Assembly: GCA_004431415.1 (NCBI GenBank)
Contig: QPMI01000522.1
Span: forward strand, 186,001-250,000
Reading direction: 5' to 3'
Origin: Cyanophora paradoxa CCMP329
Lineage: Eukaryota; Plantae; Glaucophyta
Length of the DNA stretch: 64,000 nt
This document shows, piece by piece, positions 55,301 through 64,000 of the stretch. Every line of letters begins with the position of its first letter. Position 1 is the stretch's first letter. A model generated the notes under the pieces. That model worked only from the letters and a program-made list of their open reading frames with translations. It was not told the DNA's origin and did not search any database. Made by a program: the position numbers and the translations under genes.

Positions 55301-56213
55301 GCGGGGGAGGGGGTGGAGAAGGGGGGAGCGGCCATACCCGCTCAGAGGATGCGAGCTTGGCCATGAGGCGCTCCGCGGAGACGTCCGCCGCGGCGCCGCC
55401 CGCGCTCAGCTCGAGCCCCGCCACGGCCCGCAGCAGCGGCTCGACCCCGGCCGGCGGCGGCCAGAGCGGCTCGTCCGCCGCCGCCGCTTTGTCGGGGGCC
55501 TCCCCTGCAGCGAGCGAGCAAGAGTGAGGTGGGGAGGCGGGGGAGGGCGCGGACGCCGCTGACCGGTACCCGCGGTGGTGGTGTTGGCGCCCGCGGCGGC
55601 CGCGGGGACCGCTGCCGGCCTCCGGCGGGACGCAAGGACGGCGTAGCCGCGGTCCAGGGTTTTCAAGAGCTTCTCCGACTCGAGGGTCTCGACTGCGGAC
55701 GTCGACGGCCCCCTCTCGCCGAGGCCCGTACTGCACTGCAGCTGCCTGTTCGCGCGAAGCGAGAAGCCAGTGATTGTGATCATGCAAGACACAAGCGCAA
55801 ACGTGAACTGCGCGGCGAAGATCAGGCCTAGGAGGCTTCAGGGACAAGAAGGGACAGGCGCCGGCGGGGCCGGGACGAACCAAAAGTTTGAACGCGCGCT
55901 CTGCGGGACCGGAGCTCGAGCCTCCTTTCGCGTGGGAGCCGTACGGGTTTGGGGAGCGATGGCTCTGCGTATGGCTTCCTGGTCTGAGAGTTGACCGCGC
56001 GCCACGTCCATACCGCGCGGCCGCGGGTCGCTGCAGGAGCAAAGCGCCGATGGCGCTGGCGACGATGGAGACTCCTAGCGCAAAAGCAGAGGCTCCCTCG
56101 CGCAGCGCCGAAGCGAAGTCGCTGGCGGTGACCACAGAAGTCGGCAGGTCTGACACGACGGCAACCCTCCCGCACTCCGGGTCGGAATCCTCCCTGCCGT
56201 TTTCGTGGCCCAT
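52377..56213 (-). CDS. Stealth-family hexose-1-phosphotransferase (GNPTAB-like), multi-exon
   Basis: CR1 VDVVYTWVNGSDPAW, CR2 DELKFSLRSV...IVTDGQRPAWL...VDH...FNSFAIE..LHRIPGIS...FNDDMF, CR4 FFCVNDD...FFPEPAPFE. Confidence 0.9.
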
Positions 56214-56365
56214 CGCGGCTGCAGCTGATGCTCCGCTATTCCATCAGTCTGTGCCAGCTATTCTATTAAGCTTGCAGCAGGCCTATAGGCCTAGGTGTTG
56301 CGCGCCTCGACTTCGATCGGAGCTCCTGCTGGCTAGCTATCTCCTGCGCATACTGCTGCTCCTCG

Positions 56366-56421
56366 CGCTGCTGCTGCTGCTGCTGCTGCTGATGGTGCTG
56401 CTGCTGCTGCTGCTGCTGCTG
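56366..56421. repeat. (CTG)n microsatellite
   Basis: Direct reading. Confidence 0.85.
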
Positions 56422-56637
56422 CGTGCGCCGTGCGCTGCTCGAGCTCCCGCCGCCTCCCAGACGTCCGCGCGCGCGCGGATGCACATGTACAGATCGATCG
56501 GAATTACGGCCGGCGACGCGAACGTCGCGAAGGCACGCAATCGTGGTAAGTCGACGTCTTCCATTGCATACAATTACTATTGATCGGTTTCGGAGCTTGC
56601 AATATTGTGAACCTCTGACGCTCATATATGTTTACAT

Positions 56638-59442
56638 TTTTTTTCACAAAGCCCATATCAAGGGCGGTGGCGATTGTATTTGTTCAGTAACATCATCGTA
56701 CGCACTACCGGTTCGGAATAGGCCGAACTCTGGGTCAGAGCATAACCTGAGGCCGGAACACAGGGATAGGCGCCTCGACGCTACAGCTGAGCGTTTCTCT
56801 TGTGGGGGGAGGCGTGGGAGGGGGTCGTAGGTGTGAGTGTAGACGTACAGTTGGGAGTCGTGGCGCCATGGGGGCCAAGCTTATCAGTCAGGGGAGAGCG
56901 GGGCGGGGAGGGAGGGGGGGAGGGGAGCGGCGCGGGCTAGGGTAGCGGGCGCGCCCCCGATTTTTATTGCGTGTGGGGCGCGGGTGGGTGTGGGCCGGGT
57001 AGGGGCTTTATCGGGTATGCCGCGGCCGCGGGGACGGGCGGTGGCGGGCGGGGTGGCACCCTAGGAGGGTCAGGGGACAGAGGGGCGTGGCGGGGGCGCA
57101 GGCCGTGGAGCTAGTCTGTCGCAAGCGTCCGGGCCGGAGAGATGCTTAGGGAGTGGGGCGAACCCGTAGGCGGGCAAGGCTTAATGCGAGGGCGGGTAGG
57201 GGGTGTCATTGCTTCATGGAGCTATCTAACTCAGAGAGGAGGGCGGCGGGCTTGTCACAAGGCCCTTTCTTCGGCAGTCATGCTACCGCAAATTGTAGAG
57301 AGAGGAAAGAGAAAGAAATCGGGGGCCGAAAGGGTAAAAGTGCCGAGAGAGGAAATTTCTACGCTGCCGCGTTGTCGGCGGCGGCCGCCCGGCGGCCGGC
57401 CAGGAGGGCCTCGATGGCGGCGGGGCCCCCGAGGGCCCAGGTGAGCTCGGCGAGCACGCGCTGGGCCGCCTGGTAGTTGGTAAGCGAGATGGTGGCCGGC
57501 CCAGGGCCGGGGCGGGGCCGGGCCCGGGGCGGCGCGGGGCGGCGGCCGGTGCCGGGGCGGCGGCGGCGGCGACGGCGGCGGCAGCGGCGGCGGCGGCAGC
57601 AGCGGCAGCGGTGGCGGCGTTGGCGGCAGCAGCGGGGGCGGCCGCGGCGGCCGCGGCGGCGGGGGCGGGGGCGGCGGCACCGCCCTCGCGCTTCTTGACG
57701 GCGTCGGGGCCGAAGCGCTCGATCGCGCGCTTGTGGGACTGGGCGGCGATGTCCGCCGCGAGCTGGGCGGCCTCCTCGGGGGTCTTGTCCTCGTTAAGGG
57801 CGCTGAGGCGGTTGAGCCGGCGCGCCCCCGTCGAGTGGCCGGGGCGGTAGGACGCGCGGCCACCCCGTCGGGGTAGTTGATGCGGTGCTCCCGGGATCGA
57901 GATCTTCTTGCTGTTCTTGGTGGCCTCGAGGGCCACCGAGTCGGGGCCGCCCCCTATAGCTATATATATGCAAATGATCATGAGCTCAAGGGCCTATATA
58001 GCTAGCTATGCGCTTGTACGCATGCAGTATATATATACCGTACGCGGACCCTGTCCTGGTTCTCTTGTTAAACGTTTAGACTCTGAGAGATTTGCATGCA
58101 AGTTCGAGCTCGAGCGAGGGTGCCCAGCTCCCTCGTGCAGTTAAAATCTTTCGAATCGCTCCACTAGGGGGCCAAGCTTTTAAGGGCCTCCTAAAGCAGA
58201 CGGGGGCCGACTTATTCGTGTGTATATCGATATCGCAGGCGCCCCTCAAGCTCGCCGACCGTATAGGAGGCTTGCATCGCGGGGGGTGTGCAGGGACCGG
58301 TCGCCTCGTGGGGGAGGGCCGGCGGGCATGAGGGGCGGGCGGCGCGGGGCCTGGCAGCGACCGCCGGGGACGCACTGCCCGCCGCTGGGAAGTCTTCGAC
58401 GGAGCCCGGGGATTCCGGGTCCGATAGTGGGCGAGCGCCATCAGGCTCGGACCCCACGAGGGCGGGTCCCGGCGAGGCCGGGCCCTGAGGCAGGCGAGCG
58501 CCGTCTGGCTCAGACCCGCGGTGGTAGCTGGGCGAGCGTTTGAGTGCTCATGCGCCCGGGTAGACGTAGGGGACGTCGGCTTGCATGCCGGCGCCAGCGG
58601 CGCCAGGGGAACGATTTGCATAGGCGCCAGCGGCGCCAGCAGAGGCGGCATCACAGCTCGGGGCTCTGTCCACTGCCGCGTCTTGGGCGCTTGCTCCGCG
58701 TCCCGCCAGAGGCCTGCGAGCGTCGCGCACGCGTCACGGAGAGCCAAGTGAGCGGGGGGGACGCGGCCCCGTGGTTCTTGAGTGTCGTGCTGGCGCGGGC
58801 GGCCCCGCGCACGGGCCGCCGGCGCCGGCGTGCTCTGTGGCCGTACGGGTCCGGCGTCAGAGTTCATAGAGGAGGGGCGCGGGCGGAGGGCGTGAGCGAC
58901 GGGCGCGGGAGGGTCCCGCATGATCGGCGGCAGCGGAGCCGGGTGCGTTGGCGGAGCCACGCGTCCGACTGCGCGGAGTCGAGTCGAGTTGTGCGTCGTG
59001 CGCTGTGGGCGTGGGCTCAGGCGAGCCGCGCATGCGCGGTGGCATGCGTTGGCGGGAAGGCGGGCGGAGCGAGGACGGGAGCTTAAACGGGCGTATGTTG
59101 GCTCTAGATGTTGTGGGCGTCTCTCGGCGCGCTCGGAGTGGCAGGAGAAGGCGGCGGGGACCGGCCCGTTTAAACACGTTACCGCGGGAGCTGGCGCGAG
59201 TCGCGGCGCCAACAGGGGCGCAGCTGCTCTTCGAGATGTCTGTGGTGTCGCTGCGGCTGTCGTTGCCCGCCCGGCGGACCTACTTTGCGCGTTCGGGCCG
59301 TGCTGGTCGTTGGGCGTCGGCGCCGCGAGTTTTGGGACCGGCCACGTGCAGTGCTAGCAGGCACCCTCGTTGGGGAAGCCCCACTGCGCCGGCTTACTCG
59401 CTCGCGGGCCTTCGCGCAATTTTCCGGGGTACCGGAATCCTC
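56638..59442 (-). mobile_element. Retroposed (non-LTR type) element, ~2.8 kb
   Basis: 15-bp TSD CATATATGTTTACAT at 56623-56637 and 59443-59457, T-run (poly-A on minus strand) at the left junction; no RT motif seen. Confidence 0.6.
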
Positions 59443-60027
59443 CATATATGTTTACATATACACAGTATCAAGGATTGATGAACTTGGGAACTCCCAATCG
59501 ATCGATGCCTCCCGCCGCGGGCTCCCGCGGCCGCCGCCTCCCGGCCCGAGTCCCGGGCCCCGGCCCCCGGCCCGGGCCCCTGCCATCAGCAGCCTAGGCC
59601 TGGCATCGAGGCTGCCATCAGCTCCCATATGCATCAGCTGCAGCTGCATGCGCGCAGGGCTTCCTATCAGCTGCAGCATGCAGGCCCTGAGGGCTTCGAG
59701 GGTGACATGCAGGGCCGGCGCCCTGGGCCCCGGGGGCCTGAGCTCGTCGCGTGGCTCTGCGCATGCGGGGGAGGGAGCCTCAGGGAGGCAGGGAGGCAGG
59801 ATCCGGAGGCAGGCCTAGAGGCCCGGGGGTGTGTGATCAATGGGGGTTTCAATTGCAATCTCACGCGCGAAAGTACCAACTATCATAGTATTAATATAAT
59901 TAAGTGAGTCGAAACAAGTCGACTCAAGAACTTCGGAAGTCATTTCATAGAAATGCTGCAGCCTGTCTTAAATGCACAGCCGAGGGAAAGGCGGGCCGGG
60001 GGGCTTGGGAGCCGGTCCCTCACAGAG

Positions 60028-62523
60028 TCAGGGGGTAGAGGCCGGCTTGCCGGCTTGCGCGACGGCCGCCGGCAGCTGCGTGCGGAGGAGCCGGGCGGCC
60101 GCCGACGTGTCCGCCAGAGCCGACTTCCGGTAGTTCATCTGATTGGGAAGGGGCGGGGGGGGGGGGGGGGGGGGGGGGTCGGAAACAAAAGCGCGAGGGG
60201 GTCGGGGTACAGGCGAGCGCACGACGGGGAAGTCCGCGGGGTCGAATCCCATTGGGTTGTCGAGCTCGACGTAGAGGAGGAGGATACCCTCGAATATGAG
60301 CACGTTGAAGGAAATGATCAGGTACCCTGCCGCGCCGTCAGGGGGGAAGGATCGGAGGGGGGTAGGGCCCGCGAACCGAGGACGATGCGCTCGGCCTGCA
60401 TGTTGAGGAAGCCTACCCCGATGACGCTCGCCCCGTACAGCGTAATGAAGACCTGCGGGGGGTACAGTTCGCCCCCGAGACCCGCGTCGGACGCAGGATT
60501 GGGGGGAGGAGGCGGCGGGGGGTACGCACGAGGTGGAACTTGGTCATGACGGAGAGGAGGTGGGCGTACGCGTACGGGATGGGCGTCGACATGATCCCCA
60601 GCGCCTCGCCAGCTGCGGGGCCAAGGACGTTTCCGGGGGGTACAGGATTCACAATTTGGGGGGGGGGGAGGGGCAAAGCGGACCGGCGTACTGGGCATCG
60701 ACGAGGTCGCGCTGGAAGCCGAAGCACATGTTGGGCGGGGCGGCCTGGAAGCGTGTCTGCTTGAAGAGCTCCCGCAGGATGCACATCGCCCACCCGAAGC
60801 AGATCTGCCACTTGTTGTTCACCGGCTTCTGCGGGGGGTGCTCAGAGGGGGGGGGGAGGGGGGGAGGTGGAAGGGAGGTGGAGGGGAGGGGGGTACCAGC
60901 AGGGCCAGCTCCTCCTCGGTCATGAGCCCCTCCCGCACCAAATCGTCGTACCTCTTCGGGTCCGGCAGCGGCTCGTCCGTGATCGCCGCTGGGGGGTACG
61001 CGGTGAGCAGGGGGAAGGGGGAAAGAGGAGGCGCGGGGGCGGGGGGTACGGGCGCACAGCGGGGCGGGTCCTGCTTCCCCATGAGCCGCGCCTGCTTGTG
61101 GAACAGCGCCAGGGCCAGGTGCATGTAACTGCCACCGGGGGGGGGGGGGGAGTGTTCGCTCGCCGGGGCAGAGGGGGGTACACGGCGAAGGGCTGGGGTA
61201 CCGGATGATGTCGTTGACCATCGTGAGGCCCTCCTCGGAGCTCGTGTCGACGATGGCGTACAGCTGCGACGCCATCCGATTCGTCCTTCCGAACATTTGC
61301 TGCGGGGGTACGCGATTCGATTCTCGCCCGGGGGAGGAAGGGGGAAAGGGCGGGGGCAGGTCGAGGGGGGTACGCGGCGCGCCTGGAGAAGGTTGCGGAG
61401 CTGCCAGTACCTCGAGAAGATGAGCGAGGTGAAGAGCGAGAGGAGGAAAGCGGCCAGGGAGGCTAGCGTCAGCGCCTGCGAGTTCTCCTGCGGGGCGGGG
61501 GTACCGCATCGGGCCGGGACTGCGGTGCTACACAAAAGAACGGACCAGGGGCACGCAGATGGTCCAGCCGTCGAAGTTCCGGGGCCCCGGGCGCGTGTCC
61601 GAGCGCGCCGGCTCGCAGCTGGGCGGGGCGGGGAGGCGGGGGTGAGCCGCGCGGAAGAGAGACGGCGCGGGGCCTCTGAACGAGAAAGCGGGCGGGCTCG
61701 TAGGAGGAGGCACCGGTAGTACCCGAAGACAGTGGCGACGCCGCAGAGGAAGAGCGCCTCGAGGACGAGGCGCCACGTCACGACCGTCGCCGTCCGCATC
61801 TGAGCGGAGCAGCTCGGCTCAGCTGAGCGGGCCAGAGCGGAGCGTAGCGGGGGCGGGCGGGCCTGCAGGAAGGCCCAGTTGAAGAGGGACGAGGCGTCGT
61901 AGCGCACGATGTTGCGCTGCGTGTGCAGGTCCCACCTGCGCGGCGCCGCGCGGCGCAGCGCGGCGCGGGTTAGCTGGGAGGCTGCGGCGGGGCGATCTCG
62001 GGGGGAGCGCGCGGGCGCGTGCATGCGCACCCGATGTGCGGGGCGCCGGGGCGCTTCTTGGCCATGGTGGCGTCGGCGCGCGCCGGGTTCGTGAGCTCGT
62101 GGCGGATCGACCTCTTCGCGCCCCGCAGGCGCATGCTCATCTCGCTCCAGCCGCCGCGCGCAGGAGCCGGTGTCCTCCCGAAGACCCGGACCGCGTGCTT
62201 CGCCGGCGGGGCCGCGGACGACGCCGTCGTCGCGCCCATGTCGATCACAGCCGCCGTCGCCTCGGCCTCCGCCTCCCGCGTGTGCCGCGCCGCCTCCGCC
62301 TCGACCGCATCCCACGCGCACGACGACTTCTGCGGGCGGGATCAGCGACTTGGCGAGTCCCTCTACACAGCTTTCGCTCCGGGCGCACGGTCGAGCGGAC
62401 GACAACCTTGTGCGCAGGCCGGGCGGCCGGCCTGCTTTCCACTAGCTCTTGCGCGTTCTCCAAATCCACGCTCTCCATTGCGTCGCCCCCCTTGAGGTTG
62501 ATAGGCGTTACAGCCGCCGCCAT
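60028..62523 (-). CDS. Bestrophin-family anion channel, multi-exon
   Basis: FLLSLFTSLIFSRYW, DLVREGLMTEEE, PIPYAYAHL, ELDNPMGFDPADFP motifs. Confidence 0.88.
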
Positions 62524-63222
62524 CGCACGCCGCTGGAGACTCGGGCGCTAGCGCGCACTCAGGGCTGGGCTGCCGCGGCGCAGCTAGCTATGGCCGCCCT
62601 AATGCTGACACAAGGTCCAGATACCTAAAAGCAGCCCACCGAGTCGCGGGCCTCGCGGCGATTGCGAGCGGGGGTGGCGCGACCGCTGGCGATATCGATG
62701 GAGCGGCGCAGCGGTACAGCTATTAGCCGGCTAGGGAGCTGCTTCCCTGCTTCGCGCTCGGGTGTTGCGCGCTTTGCTGGTATGATTTCAGCGCACCCCA
62801 AGTTGCTCACTGCATGCAGGCCGCAGCTGCGGCAGGCTTCGCAATGCAGACTACCCGTACCCCCCTTCGCGAGTGGCCTTTCGTCTTTCATCTTCGAGCG
62901 AAGCGATCGATGGCGGGCCATTGGCGGCCCAATCATGGATATGGATATATAAGGCTCTGCAATGCGGCAGCGCCGGGCAGGCCGGGGGCCGGCCCCGCCG
63001 GGGCAGCCTGCATGATGGCTGCATCTGAGTCATCAGGCTGAATGCGCTGCGATGGTGCGCATTGCATGCGCAGCAAAGACGAGCACGACGGCGCCTGGCG
63101 CAGGGCTACTGCATGGGGCACTGGGGCTGCTGCCCGCCGTGCCCCGGCGGCCGCGGCGCCGGGACCAGCATCTTGGGGTCTGTAACAACCTGCGGGCGCT
63201 CGAGCCTCAGCCCAAGTATCGC

Positions 63223-64000
63223 TTAAGGATAGGCTAGGCTAGGCTTGGCTTGGCTAGCCACCCCCCACTCTCCTACTCCTCGTGACCTGACCTGGAGGCG
63301 CTGGTCGATGATCTGGATGAGGTCCGTACCCGGCCCGTCGCAGATTGTGAAGATCTCCTTCGCTTTCCTGTACCCCCGGGGGACTTCAGGGGCAGGGCGG
63401 GCGACGCGGGGAGCCGCCGCACCGCAGGTGGTCGGCGGAGCGCTCGAAGAGGCGCCGGCGCAGCGCGACGGGCGCCTGCCGCGACCGTGAGGCGGGGGGA
63501 AGGGGGAAGTCCGAGGGGGGTACGCGCACGGTGGTGCCCTTCTGGTGGTAGCGGTCGGCGAGGGCCATGAGGAACTGGCCCCGCTCGGGGTGGAACGGCG
63601 GCAGGCACGCTTCCGCGTTCGCCAGCACCTGCCGAGGCTCGGCGTCAGCGCCAAGGAGAGGCTCGGGTTCAGGATACTAGTTATAGGAGCCTAAGAAGAA
63701 GAAGAGCTAGACGTGGCGCTCCGGCGCCTGTTCTACTGCACCGGGACGGGCGTCGGGAGCGGCGGGGACGGGGCCTCACCTCGCGGCCGTGGACGATGGC
63801 CTGGTCGGTCTCGTTGACGCGCATGTAGCACTGCAGGAGCAGCATGTTGCAGTGCAGCAGCAGCGAGTGGTTCTTGTGCAGCTTCTCCTTGTGCTCCGAC
63901 ATCACCTGAGGCCGCCCGGCGCTCGTTTGTTTGTTTGGTTCCGTGCGGTGCGGTCTTGCAGGCGCGGGGGCGGCACCTTCTCGATGGCGGCGGCGGCCTT
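63223..64000 (-). CDS. C-terminal TPR-like region of a SMYD/SET-MYND-type protein (partial)
   Basis: LHKNHSLLL...AI..G..VL...E..LPPFHPE.G...M.LA...KAKEIFTICDGP pattern. Confidence 0.55.

Overview
GC-rich, intron-dense eukaryotic chromosome segment (short GT-AG introns). RWP-RK, mTERF and MgtE genes suggest an alga or other photosynthetic protist; the taxon is inferred only. The centre (~25,495-50,511) is a ~25 kb, AT-richer, intron-less endogenous Polinton-like virus (PLV) bounded by long imperfect terminal inverted repeats. It carries a double-jelly-roll major capsid protein, two head-to-head pentons, an A32-type packaging ATPase and an rve integrase. It also encodes a single 1436-aa PolB + SF1 helicase + HNH replicase. 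Its accessory set is unusual: a bacteriophage-style fibre cassette (two paralogous C1q-tipped fibres, an HxH-repeat tail fibre, a probable fibre chaperone and a 1240-aa fibre with a C-terminal transmembrane anchor), a patatin-discoidin phospholipase, an S-adenosylmethionine-decarboxylase-like gene, a Zn-ribbon endonuclease, an AT-hook protein and a 52-aa F-box-like micro-ORF. The virus sits inside a decayed duplicate of the 3' end of a neighbouring host gene, with no canonical 6-bp TSD. Host flanks encode RWP-RK, a His-rich 2OG-Fe(II) oxygenase, mitoferrin, MgtE, mTERF, RING, a Stealth phosphotransferase, bestrophin and a SMYD-like C-terminus. They also hold hAT and Tc1/mariner MITEs, a 2.8 kb retroposed element with a 15-bp TSD, and a palindrome-forming insertion signature in neutral DNA. 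All calls come from motif reading by eye; no searches were run, and host exon boundaries are approximate.
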